DNA of 64,000 nucleotides from Candidatus Woesebacteria bacterium (GTDB lineage Bacteria; Patescibacteriota; Microgenomatia; UBA8517): NCBI GenBank assembly GCA_020060565.1, contig JAGVAE010000002.1, positions 371,270 to 435,269 of the forward strand, read 5' to 3'. Shown piece by piece: positions 39,525 to 49,016 of this stretch (position 1 is its first letter; each line of letters starts with the position of its first letter). The notes under the pieces were generated by a model. It saw only the letters and a program-made list of their open reading frames with translations, ran no database searches and was not told where the DNA came from. The position numbers and the translations under genes were made by a program.

Positions 39525-41045
39525 ATGGCTCTAAAATTTAAGGTCTTTCTCCTTTTCATTCTCGCCTTTTTGCCAAGAATAATTAATCTTGGGGAGCACA
39601 ATATCTTTGTTGATGAGATAACCTGGATGAGTAGATGTAAAGATGTTTACGGGGCGGTTCGTACACTTTCTTGGAGTCCATACAATAAAGATTGGTGGCT
39701 TACACCCAACATTGCTGAGGCAATAGGATTACCAGTTACATTCTTTGGAGGAATGACGATGACCTACCTTTCTCCTGGTTATAGTATTCACTCAATGAAT
39801 ATTATGCGTGATTTTGTTGCCACGCGTTTACCTGTTTCATTGATTGGTACATTCTTTGTCCCAATTCTTTATTTGCTTTTAAGAAAATTTGTCAATGATA
39901 AAGTAGCTTTCCTTACTTCTCTTCTTTTTGCAGTTGACCCAATTGCAATTGCCTTAAGCCGTTGGCTTCAGCATGATATGACGTTGGTAGCATGCACTAC
40001 CATAAGCCTTACACTTTATCTTTTAAGTAAAAACAAATGGACAATTCTTGGATCTTCATTCTTTGCAGCCATGGCAATTTTAACTAAGCCGCAAGGATTT
40101 TTAATACCTGCGACGTTAATTATATTCACTGCGATTTTGGCTTTAAGAAAAGAAAAATATTATCTAAAAGAACTGTTAATCTGGATAGGTCTTGCTGCAG
40201 GATTTACAGTTTTATTTTTTCCATATCTTTGGGGAAATCCAATTGGCAATATGCTTACTTATATGCGTCTTCAAGTTTCAAATGTAAGCCTCGGCAACTT
40301 AACGTTTTTTAATGGTCAAATTACTTCTAACCCTCCCTGGTATTACTTTTTTGTAATTTTCCCATTCCGTGTTCCTGAAAGTGTTCTGGTTGGATTTATT
40401 GCAGGAATTACATTGTTTGTTATCAATATTAAAAAAGGACTATTTAAGAAAGAATTTTTTAAAAACAAATTATTTACAGTTGGACTAATATACTCAATCC
40501 TATTTATTCTTCTTATATGTACTTCAAATAAAAAACTGGGAATAAGATATGTGTTTGGCATTTGGCCATACATATATATATTGGTTTCCTATGGACTCCT
40601 TTTTATGGAAAGATATATAGGCAGACCATTTAAGAAAGTTTATTGGTTAATTGTTTTTTTGTTTCCCATCTGGGGAATTGTAAAGTTTTATCCTATCTAT
40701 TATCTTTATCACAATAATCTAATTACACCCGCGAAATACCAGAATCTGGAGTCAGTTGGGTACTGCGACAGTGTTAGACCTGCAATTGAATATCTGGAAC
40801 CAAATCTTTTCCATGGTGTTAAAATAATGTTGGCGGGATGCGATGCTGCAATCAATTACTACACAGGTTTTACAATTAATAGAGTAAATGCAGTTGCAGA
40901 AAAACCAGATTTCATAATTGAAGAAGTTCACAATGCGCAAAAATCTCTAAACGTTTTTGATGATATCAATAAAGCCGGATACATCGAAATTAAACAAATA
41001 GAATTTAGAGGAATAATCCTAGCGAAAATTTATAAAAAACCATGA
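39525..41045 (+). CDS. GT-C glycosyltransferase, ArnT/PMT-like
   Basis: FVDEITWM acidic motif after TM1, AILTKPQGF motif, polytopic. Confidence 0.6.
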   Translation: MALKFKVFLLFILAFLPRIINLGEHNIFVDEITWMSRCKDVYGAVRTLSWSPYNKDWWLTPNIAEAIGLPVTFFGGMTMTYLSPGYSIHSMNIMRDFVATRLPVSLIGTFFVPILYLLLRKFVNDKVAFLTSLLFAVDPIAIALSRWLQHDMTLVACTTISLTLYLLSKNKWTILGSSFFAAMAILTKPQGFLIPATLIIFTAILALRKEKYYLKELLIWIGLAAGFTVLFFPYLWGNPIGNMLTYMRLQVSNVSLGNLTFFNGQITSNPPWYYFFVIFPFRVPESVLVGFIAGITLFVINIKKGLFKKEFFKNKLFTVGLIYSILFILLICTSNKKLGIRYVFGIWPYIYILVSYGLLFMERYIGRPFKKVYWLIVFLFPIWGIVKFYPIYYLYHNNLITPAKYQNLESVGYCDSVRPAIEYLEPNLFHGVKIMLAGCDAAINYYTGFTINRVNAVAEKPDFIIEEVHNAQKSLNVFDDINKAGYIEIKQIEFRGIILAKIYKKP

Positions 41046-42412
41046 AACGCTTACTTTTTTTATTGCCCCTCTTAGCTCTAATTGCGGTTTGTATTTATTT
41101 CATTTTGACCACAAGCCCGCTAGTCCGCTATTGGGCTGATGATTTTTGTTCCGCTATTCCTTTAAGAAACGCGGGATATTGGGGTGCTCAGGTTAATTGG
41201 TGGATGAGCTGGACAGGACGCTATTCATATATAGCTTTTTTGGATATCTTTGAACTGCTTGGTCCCTGGGCTGCTAAAATTCTTCCTATACTAATTGCTC
41301 TCGGTGCAACTTTGGCTCTAATCTCTGCGTTTTTCTTTGAAGCGATACTTGCTCCACTTTTTGTAATTCTGGTATTGATCAATGCTCCAAATATAATTCA
41401 ATCTTTTTATTGGCAGGTTGGTTCACTTAATTATGCTTTTGAATTTATTTTCTTTAATCTTTTCATTTCACTTTTAGTTTGGCCTAAAAAGAAATTAGCT
41501 TATATTGGTGCATTTTTATTGCCTTTGATTGTAGGGGGATTTTCGGAAACAATCGCCTTAGCCCAAATAGTACTAATTGCCGCAGTACTTCTAATAATAA
41601 TTATTGGCGACTTTGCCGATAGTGACATTTCTGACAAAAAATTAAGAATTAGACTTGCAATGGTCGGATTGATTGGAGCAATTGCTTCGGTTGGCATAAT
41701 GTCTCTTTCACCAGGAAATGCGGCTAGAGCTTCTTTGGTAGACCATCCTGAAAGTTTTGCCTTTGTAATTAAATCTACATTTTATGGAACGAAATGGTAT
41801 CTGCAAAGAATGTTCATGATACCCACATTTGTTGTTTCTCTGATTTTGGCTGCAATGGCAATTTTCATAACTGTTGAGCGGAAATGGAAAATGTTTAAAA
41901 AGTTATTTTTTGGAACAAGAAAGATGCTCTTAATAATGCTTCTTTCGGCTCTTTCCGCAATTTTTTCCACGGCCGCTGTAATATTTTCAGGATATTATGC
42001 AATGGCATATACACCTCCTGAACGTGCAATGTTTGTAGCGATTTATATGATCTTTGTATCGTTTTTTATCTTTTGTTTTGCTGGTAGCGTTATTGCTATG
42101 AAAAAAGTTTCAGATAAACTGAAAAAGTATTTGGTTTGGGTTGCTCTTGTTGTTAGCTTTGTTTCCTCAATATTCCTTATTAAATCAACTGTTTCCAGTT
42201 GGGGAAATATAAGACAGGAACTTACGGTTTATGCTCAGGATTGGGATTTGGAAGAAATTACACTGGTTAAAGCTGGTGAAAGAGAGGACAAAATTGGTCT
42301 AATCAAGAATATAAGGCCAGTTGGTAGTCTTGACGGCTTTGTAGAAAATAATGGTTGGGTGTTGGGATGTATCAAAGAATACTACAATTTAGAGGAAATT
42401 AAGTTAAAATAA
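41042..42412 (+). CDS. polytopic membrane protein, unknown (possibly GT-C-like)
   Basis: 456 aa, more than 10 TM; RYWADDF near the N-terminus; ends tail-to-tail with the Fic gene with 0 bp spacing. Confidence 0.45.
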   Translation: MKRLLFLLPLLALIAVCIYFILTTSPLVRYWADDFCSAIPLRNAGYWGAQVNWWMSWTGRYSYIAFLDIFELLGPWAAKILPILIALGATLALISAFFFEAILAPLFVILVLINAPNIIQSFYWQVGSLNYAFEFIFFNLFISLLVWPKKKLAYIGAFLLPLIVGGFSETIALAQIVLIAAVLLIIIIGDFADSDISDKKLRIRLAMVGLIGAIASVGIMSLSPGNAARASLVDHPESFAFVIKSTFYGTKWYLQRMFMIPTFVVSLILAAMAIFITVERKWKMFKKLFFGTRKMLLIMLLSALSAIFSTAAVIFSGYYAMAYTPPERAMFVAIYMIFVSFFIFCFAGSVIAMKKVSDKLKKYLVWVALVVSFVSSIFLIKSTVSSWGNIRQELTVYAQDWDLEEITLVKAGEREDKIGLIKNIRPVGSLDGFVENNGWVLGCIKEYYNLEEIKLK

Positions 42413-43465
42413 TTACAAAAAATAGTTCTTTATTGCGAATTGCTGTTGTTCTAGAAAAAGTTTCTTCAAGTAAAATATATTGTTTTGTTCGTAGAAAAGG
42501 ATTAATGCTTTCTTAAATTCAATTTCGTCAACACTTCTATATGAAAGTGGAAAATAGTTGTTGGATAATAATACTGCATTACTTACCATTCTTGCAGTCC
42601 TTTTATTACCATCCATAAATGGTTGCAGATATGAGATCATGGCTAGAAAAATTAAGGCCTTTTCTGGTACATTATCTAATTTATTTGTTGATGCTATTAA
42701 TTTAGTTAAAGCTTCCTCTATCTGTATTTTATTATCTAGAGGTGTATATTTTGTACCTGTAATTCCAACCGCCGATTGACGTATATTCGATTTTATTCCA
42801 AGATCTTTTGTGAGTTCAGAATGGATAGATCGTATATCTAAAATATTAATGTCTTTGAAACTCTCTTTTTTTTCAAGAATGATATCAAAGGCACTCTTGT
42901 GATTAAGAATCATTACAGCCTCGTCTCTGTCATGCCCTTTAGCCTGCTTTTTATTTTTTATTAATTCTTCTGTTTCGAGAAGGGAATAGGTATTACCCTC
43001 TATTTGAGAAGATTTCCAAGAAAGTTCAATGGTAAACCTTTCAAGTTCACGTTTTAAAATTGTTTTGTCTAAAGTGTTAAATTGCGACTTCAGCTTTTCT
43101 CTTCCCTGCTCAAAAAGATTACGTTCTTCATTCGAAAACAATCCTTTCAAATTATTTATTAAATCAAAATTATAATTTTGATATTTGACGTTTCTAGAAT
43201 CTGTTGTTTTCGAAAAGTATTGATCTACATTAACGGGAATCAACATCTCACGATCTTTTTTGAGGATATATCTTACATATTTTCCTCCGCCCACCAACTC
43301 TATCCAACCAAGCTTAATAAGATGGTTCAAGTCTCGTATATTGGTAATACGGGAGATATCTGTATTTGCCAGAGATTTTTCAAGCTCAGCTCTGGAGGAA
43401 TTGGGGTTGAGCATTAAATAATTAAGTAAATTCACTTGCCTGGCATTTAGCTGCGTATCATTCAT
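42413..43465 (-). CDS. Fic/Doc-family protein with N-terminal wHTH and non-canonical active-site motif QPFMDGNKRTAR; tool start TTG 43495
   Basis: wHTH-like at residues 15-75; SSQIEGN inhibitory-helix motif; Fic motif with Gln (CAA) at the His position, confirmed on the reverse complement; ATG at Met11 preferred over the TTG embedded in the palindrome. Confidence 0.75.
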   Translation of the reverse strand: MNDTQLNARQVNLLNYLMLNPNSSRAELEKSLANTDISRITNIRDLNHLIKLGWIELVGGGKYVRYILKKDREMLIPVNVDQYFSKTTDSRNVKYQNYNFDLINNLKGLFSNEERNLFEQGREKLKSQFNTLDKTILKRELERFTIELSWKSSQIEGNTYSLLETEELIKNKKQAKGHDRDEAVMILNHKSAFDIILEKKESFKDINILDIRSIHSELTKDLGIKSNIRQSAVGITGTKYTPLDNKIQIEEALTKLIASTNKLDNVPEKALIFLAMISYLQPFMDGNKRTARMVSNAVLLSNNYFPLSYRSVDEIEFKKALILFYEQNNIFYLKKLFLEQQQFAIKNYFL

Positions 43466-43493
43466 ATGCCTACAGCGTATCATAATGATACGC
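43453..43493. promoter_or_regulatory. candidate operator: 19-bp perfect palindrome GCGTATCAT-A-ATGATACGC (43475..43493) plus a third GCGTATCAT half-site (43453..43461) 22 bp away
   Basis: Read directly from the sequence; lies upstream of and overlapping the Fic translation start. Confidence 0.4.
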
Positions 43494-43543
43494 AAGAAAG
43501 CAAGTAATTATTGTGATTTGTTTCTGTTGAGCTAAAATGAGTA

Positions 43544-44290
43544 ATGCTTCTAACAGACGGTGAGATTATTGAAAAGCTCAAAATAAAGCCTAGTGATAAG
43601 GTTTTGGATATTGGCGGTAGCATGATGCAACATAAAGAGTTAAAAATTGACACTTTAGCAGATATAATTAGACCCGAAGATGCTCCATACAGTTCCTCAA
43701 AATTACTTGCTAAACATTTTGTAAAAGTAGATATCACACGCGAAAAACTGCCATTCAAAGATAAAGAGTTTGATGTGGTTCTTTGCACACATGTTTTGGA
43801 GGATCTTCCTAGCCCTTTCTTGGTTATGGAGGAAATGGCCAGGGTAGGAAAGCGCGGGTTAATTGTAACACCAAGTATGGGATATGATATGAAATTTACC
43901 CCCATTGACTATACAAATTGGCTTACGGGTGCCAGGCGCGTTCCTGGAGAGGCACACCACAAATGGTTTTTTGTAAAAGAGGGGAATTCTCTAAAAGTAA
44001 TTCCTAAAATATACCCAATTTTATATACAGAGGAGTTCCAGGTAACAGATTGGAAAGGTGAGGTAGAAATTGAATACTATTGGAACGGTATAATTAAATA
44101 TAATGAATTCTCGGGATTAAACATCCACAGGCTAATAGATGAATATAAACGATTTGTTGAAAAGAATAGTGAAAAAATTGAAATAGGCAGTGTGGTCTAT
44201 TTTGTTGATAATCCAATAAATATACTAAAAGCACTTCTAAAAAGATTTTTAAGGCGTGGTTCGGGATACAAATATAGAAAAGAAATCTAA
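43544..44290 (+). CDS. class I SAM-dependent methyltransferase
   Basis: VLDIGGSMMQ and DVVLCTHVLEDL motifs; TAAAAT hexamer 5 nt upstream of the ATG. Confidence 0.6.
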   Translation: MLLTDGEIIEKLKIKPSDKVLDIGGSMMQHKELKIDTLADIIRPEDAPYSSSKLLAKHFVKVDITREKLPFKDKEFDVVLCTHVLEDLPSPFLVMEEMARVGKRGLIVTPSMGYDMKFTPIDYTNWLTGARRVPGEAHHKWFFVKEGNSLKVIPKIYPILYTEEFQVTDWKGEVEIEYYWNGIIKYNEFSGLNIHRLIDEYKRFVEKNSEKIEIGSVVYFVDNPINILKALLKRFLRRGSGYKYRKEI

Positions 44291-45570
44291 TGAAAAAATA
44301 TGTAGACGGTATTAAAGGTTTAGTATTCTCTGCAACAGCAAAGGATACTTTTACTCTTTTTACTGGTAATGTTGGTGCAGCATTCTGGGGATTTTTGTTT
44401 ACCTTAATTGTTGCAAGATCGTTATCAATTTCTGAGTTTGGAGTATTTTCGGCGGTATTAAATATGGTTATTATTATTTCCTCTCTGGCAGATTTGGGAA
44501 TATCATCTGGTGCTATTAACTTTGTTTCTGAGCATTGGACGAAAGGAGATCGCTTGAAAGCTAATGAATATGTTAAAGCATCCTTTCTTATACGTCTTGT
44601 TGTAACATTTTCGATATCTCTTGTTTACTTACTTTTTTCTCCAATTCTTTCTCCGCGCCTTTTAGCATCAAATGACCCAGGAATGGGGGTTTGGGTTTCT
44701 ATAGTTGTTATATTTTGGTTTCTTGATTTGTTCTTTCCTTATATTCTTCAAGCAAGAAAGAAATTTCTACATTCTGTAATTTACGATAATGCTTATTATG
44801 TAGGGCGTCTTCTTTTTGCCTTCATTTTTTATCTAGTAGGGATGCTGACTATTGAAAAAGCATTTTGGGCTTTTGGAGCAGGATTTGTTGTAACAATAAT
44901 TTTTACATTTATTTACATAAAGACGGATTTTATGAAATCAAAGCCAACAAAAGAAACATATGTAAATCTTCTTAAGTTCTCAGGATGGATTGGGGTAAAT
45001 CGTTTGATATCCTCTGTTTCTGGAAGAATTGATATTCAAATGTTGGCAGCAATGGCTGGGGCTATGGCAACGGGACTCTATTCCATTCCGTCACGCCTTG
45101 CATCTTTTATAATTGTTCTTTCTGGAAGTTTTTCATCTGTTTTGGCTACACGTTTAGCTTCATTTGGAGACAGAGAAAAAGAAAAGAAATATATTCTTAA
45201 GTCAACTCTGGCACTACTTCCCATTACTGCAGGAATAGTACTTTGGATAATAATCGCTAAACCATTTATGCTAATTCTCTTTGGAGAAAAATATCTTCCT
45301 GCAGTACCAGTATTTCAAGCGCTGGCTGCTGCGCAAATACCTTTTCTTTTTACATCTCCCGCAGTTTCTGCAATTATCTATGCTATGAAAAAGACTGTTT
45401 ATATAGGAGTTCTTTCATTTTTCCAATTGGCTGCGATCTTTGCTTTGAATTATTATTTAATTCCAAAGTATGGAGTGTTTGGTCCAACAATTACGTTTGG
45501 AATAACTAATACCTTACTAGCAATTTATGTTTGGTTTCAAGTTATAAGATACTATTGGATTAAAAAATGA
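44290..45570 (+). CDS. Wzx-like oligosaccharide flippase (MOP superfamily polysaccharide biosynthesis protein)
   Basis: 426 aa, 12-14 TM, N-terminal pattern typical of Polysacc_synt proteins. Confidence 0.65.
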   Translation: MKKYVDGIKGLVFSATAKDTFTLFTGNVGAAFWGFLFTLIVARSLSISEFGVFSAVLNMVIIISSLADLGISSGAINFVSEHWTKGDRLKANEYVKASFLIRLVVTFSISLVYLLFSPILSPRLLASNDPGMGVWVSIVVIFWFLDLFFPYILQARKKFLHSVIYDNAYYVGRLLFAFIFYLVGMLTIEKAFWAFGAGFVVTIIFTFIYIKTDFMKSKPTKETYVNLLKFSGWIGVNRLISSVSGRIDIQMLAAMAGAMATGLYSIPSRLASFIIVLSGSFSSVLATRLASFGDREKEKKYILKSTLALLPITAGIVLWIIIAKPFMLILFGEKYLPAVPVFQALAAAQIPFLFTSPAVSAIIYAMKKTVYIGVLSFFQLAAIFALNYYLIPKYGVFGPTITFGITNTLLAIYVWFQVIRYYWIKK

Positions 45571-46391
45571 AAATTTGGGCACACACTTTGGTTAAGAATG
45601 AAGCCAGGTGGCTTTGGTACTCTGCCTCATCAGTAATTGATCATGTAGATAAACTCCTTCTTTGGGATACGGGAAGCTCTGATGAAAGTTTGGAGATTGA
45701 AAAAGAACTATTAAGAAAATATCCAGACAAAATTATTTTAAAAAACAGAAAGCAAGAAACAATAGAGGATTTTACCAAAGTCCGTCAGGAAATGTTGGAT
45801 GAGACCACTTCCGACTGGTTTTTAATGGTTGATGGAGATGAAATATGGTATGAAAATTCTATCAAAAAAGTTATATGTTCAATAAAAAAAGGAGTAAACG
45901 GTTTTGAATCAATAGTTGTTCCAACAATAAACTTAGTTGGAGACATATTTCACTACCAAGAAAAAACGGCAGGAAAGTATAAATTTGGTAATCTTGAAGG
46001 TCATTATAACTTAAGAGCAATTAAACGAAGTGTTCCAGGACTTCACTCACAAGGAGTACATGGCGTTTGGGGTTGGGCAGATGACGAAGGCAAAATGATT
46101 CAAGATAGAGACAGTTATAAGTACATAGACGCTCCTTATCTACATGCTACCAACTTACACAGATCTTTCTCAGACTTATCCGTTATTAAAAGAAAAAACA
46201 AATTTAGATTTGAGATAGGGGAGAGCTTTCCAAAGGATTTCTACTATCCAGAAGCCCTTTTTAGTAGTAGACCTAATAATATTCCCAGTCCATGGACAAC
46301 AATGCCTAAAACATTTAAGATACGGGCATTCTTTGAAACACCATTAAGAAAAATTAAAAGAAGGATAGGAGTAAAGAGAGTGGGTTATTAA
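45567..46391 (+). CDS. GT-A-like glycosyltransferase (GT2-like)
   Basis: HTLVKNEARWL...LLWDTGSSDESLEI...FLMVDGDE. Confidence 0.5.
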   Translation: MKIWAHTLVKNEARWLWYSASSVIDHVDKLLLWDTGSSDESLEIEKELLRKYPDKIILKNRKQETIEDFTKVRQEMLDETTSDWFLMVDGDEIWYENSIKKVICSIKKGVNGFESIVVPTINLVGDIFHYQEKTAGKYKFGNLEGHYNLRAIKRSVPGLHSQGVHGVWGWADDEGKMIQDRDSYKYIDAPYLHATNLHRSFSDLSVIKRKNKFRFEIGESFPKDFYYPEALFSSRPNNIPSPWTTMPKTFKIRAFFETPLRKIKRRIGVKRVGY

Positions 46392-46397
46392 AAAACT

Positions 46398-47744
46398 ATG
46401 TTAAAACATTGGAAATTGGTATTACTGGCAATTTTAGGATTTCATTTATTTCTTTTGACTCAGTTAAAATTTACTGCCTGGCCAGAAATGCTTCTTTGGC
46501 CGTATATGATGGCGCAAGGGTTTTTGCCATATAAAGATATGGCTATTGCTCACACTCCCCATCTTTTGGTTGATTTGGCTGTGTTTTTCAAGATATTTGG
46601 AACAGGAGTAGTTCAGCTAAAAATATATACTTGGCTTTTAGTTATAGCTTGTGATCTCTTGGTCTTTTGGGTTACAAATAAACTTTGGAGCCGAAAGATT
46701 GCACTTGCCTCAGTTTTTTCTTTTTCCATTGCTCAGATATTTTTTGATGGCAATGGTCTTTGGTTTGATTTAATGCTGGCCCCACTTTCTCTTTTTACTT
46801 ATTACTTAATGATACAAAAGAAATATTTTTGGTCGGGGGTTGTTTGGGCTTTGATGTTTTTAACAAAACAAACTGCTGTTTGGTTTTTAATACCTATGGG
46901 TATCACAATACTTCAGAATAAAACAGAAAAATTTAATTTATCAAAAAGTACATTTTTTGGAGCACTGTCAGTTATTGGTTTATTTACTCTTATATTAATA
47001 GTTTTTGGGATATTTCCCGATTTCTATAATTGGGCAATTAAGTTTGGAGTTTTTATCCTTCCAGGTTCTCAAGGTCAAATACAATTACCTGATATCAAAA
47101 ATTTAATAATTGCTATCTTTCCTTTTACAATTTTTTTGCCATTTTTATTAAACAAAAAAACAAGAAATGTAATTTTACTGCTCTGGGCAATGGTGGGTGC
47201 TATGGGGGTTTATCCTCGGTTTGAATACTTTCATATCCAACCAGCACTACCATTTTTAGCAATAGTTTTAGGATTGGTTATTACTCAGATAAAAAGAAAA
47301 GGTTTAGTTAAACTCTTTATGATATTTTATCTAGTTGGTTCAATCTATCTTTTTGCAAATTATTTTATGAGAAATTGGAGAGAAGGAACTAGATTTTTAG
47401 AGGCAGATGTTGCCAGTATAGTTTCTTATGTTAAAAACAACACTCAAGAGAATGAAAAAATATTTGTATTGAACTGGTGGGACAATATCTATCCTCTGAC
47501 AAAAACTATACCAGCCACTGATCCTTGGGTACCTCAGCTGGCGTGGTATCAAAACACCTCTGGAATACAAGAAAAAGAGATTGAAGATCTTAAATCTTCA
47601 AAACCAAAACTTATTCTTTTTAAAGAATATGAACAAACAGGGTTAGCTGCATATGTACCCCAAAGAGTTTACGAATACGTAATAGAAAATTATAAATTAA
47701 AAGAAAAAATTGATGGAATTCAAATTCTTATCCCCAGAAACTGA
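46398..47744 (+). CDS. polytopic membrane protein, GT-C-like candidate
   Basis: 448 aa, more than 10 TM, MFLTKQTAVWF motif. Confidence 0.45.
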   Translation: MLKHWKLVLLAILGFHLFLLTQLKFTAWPEMLLWPYMMAQGFLPYKDMAIAHTPHLLVDLAVFFKIFGTGVVQLKIYTWLLVIACDLLVFWVTNKLWSRKIALASVFSFSIAQIFFDGNGLWFDLMLAPLSLFTYYLMIQKKYFWSGVVWALMFLTKQTAVWFLIPMGITILQNKTEKFNLSKSTFFGALSVIGLFTLILIVFGIFPDFYNWAIKFGVFILPGSQGQIQLPDIKNLIIAIFPFTIFLPFLLNKKTRNVILLLWAMVGAMGVYPRFEYFHIQPALPFLAIVLGLVITQIKRKGLVKLFMIFYLVGSIYLFANYFMRNWREGTRFLEADVASIVSYVKNNTQENEKIFVLNWWDNIYPLTKTIPATDPWVPQLAWYQNTSGIQEKEIEDLKSSKPKLILFKEYEQTGLAAYVPQRVYEYVIENYKLKEKIDGIQILIPRN

Positions 47745-47745
47745 C

Positions 47746-48996
47746 ATGAAGAAACTAGTATTATTTTTATTTTTAATAATTACTCTTGCATCAGTCTTTG
47801 TTCACTACCGAAACTATACTGACTTGGTTGGCTTTACCCTGGACGCTCCAATTCACTTGACCGCAGCAAAAGAAATGGTTGATTCTGGAAAAATAAACTT
47901 AATAGGGCCAAGTGTAACAAGTAAAGAAACATTTGGCAGAATGGTCTTTACAGGACCATTTCATTATTATGTTTTAGCGATCTTGGGAATCATATCCAAT
48001 TGGAACGTGATATTCATAAGTGGATTTTATACAGTACTGTGGATAACTACTTTTGTCATTCTTTTTTTCTGGTTAAATAAAAGATTTGGAGGAACGATTG
48101 CCATTCTTTTGTATACTCTTCTTTCCTTTTATCCGTTTTTTATTCAAGTATCAAGGCAAATATGGAATCCCCAGTTTATTCCCTTATTTGGAACAATGTT
48201 TTTATTATGTTTGGTTGAAAGAAAAAAGATATATCACTATTTATTTGCAGGAATATTTTGGGGATTGGGACTGAATGTCCATTACGCAACACTACTTTGG
48301 ATATTTATTGCTATTCCCTTTATAGTATCTGAGATTTATCAGAAAAAGTTTTATATAAAAAATTGGCTGATGTTAATTTTGGGTGTAATTATTGCAGAAC
48401 TTCCTTTAATTGTTTTTGAGCTTAGACATAATTTTTATAACATTAATACCATCCTCTTTCATCTTAGATATGGCAACTTCTCTGTAGGTTACACATTCAA
48501 CATCTGGTACTATTATGTTCTTCCATTCTTGGCACCTGCAGTACTTTTTATGGGAAAGTTTTTATACAGTATAAAGAGAAGGAAATTTTTTATTGTTCCC
48601 ATTCTAGTACTTTCTGGCCTTTCCTTTTATTTCATGCTTTTATCGTTTAGTTCACAAGGGCAAAAGGCAATGCATTATCCAGGCTGGAGCATTGCCACCC
48701 AAAAGAAAGTAGTGAATATAATTATTAAGGATAATGAAGAAGATTTTGAAGTTGCAGAAACGATTAGCTCTGATACCCAAGCTATGGATATTAGATGGTG
48801 GTTAAAGCAAGAGGGGGTAAATGTAATGGAAGTGGATCAGTATAAAGAGGCTCCTGTGCTTTATTTGGTATCATCTTCCGATAGACCTCCAGAAACAGAA
48901 ACAGTTTGGGAAGTTTCATCACTTAAACCGTTTAAAGTCATAACTAAAGTAGAATTGGACAAAGATCTTTTTTTGTATAAGATAAAAAGAATATAA
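47746..48996 (+). CDS. polytopic membrane protein with a C-terminal soluble domain, family C copy 1; tool start TTG 47710
   Basis: ELPLIVFELRHNFYNINT, YYYVLPF and C-terminal VWEVSS are shared with the 51828..53078 product. Confidence 0.5.
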   Translation: MKKLVLFLFLIITLASVFVHYRNYTDLVGFTLDAPIHLTAAKEMVDSGKINLIGPSVTSKETFGRMVFTGPFHYYVLAILGIISNWNVIFISGFYTVLWITTFVILFFWLNKRFGGTIAILLYTLLSFYPFFIQVSRQIWNPQFIPLFGTMFLLCLVERKKIYHYLFAGIFWGLGLNVHYATLLWIFIAIPFIVSEIYQKKFYIKNWLMLILGVIIAELPLIVFELRHNFYNINTILFHLRYGNFSVGYTFNIWYYYVLPFLAPAVLFMGKFLYSIKRRKFFIVPILVLSGLSFYFMLLSFSSQGQKAMHYPGWSIATQKKVVNIIIKDNEEDFEVAETISSDTQAMDIRWWLKQEGVNVMEVDQYKEAPVLYLVSSSDRPPETETVWEVSSLKPFKVITKVELDKDLFLYKIKRI

Positions 48997-49016
48997 GCAT
49001 AGCTTGTTAGAATATC
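48997..49016 (+). promoter_or_regulatory. conserved spacer AAGCATAGCTTGTTAGAATATC with a TAGAAT -10-like hexamer abutting the ATG
   Basis: Near-identical to the 53079..53098 spacer downstream of the family C paralog. Confidence 0.4.

Noticed and set aside
43466-43495. TTG start at 43495 for the Fic gene (N-terminal MRIIMIRCRH)
   Set aside because: These ten codons are encoded by the perfect palindrome itself. The ATG at Met11 with the intact wHTH downstream is more plausible, though the TTG start cannot be excluded.
42408-43513. Fic gene as a mobile-element insertion bounded by inverted repeats
   Set aside because: Only 9-bp AT-rich inverted repeats flank it, which is plausible by chance in this composition. 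No transposase, integrase or target-site duplication is seen.
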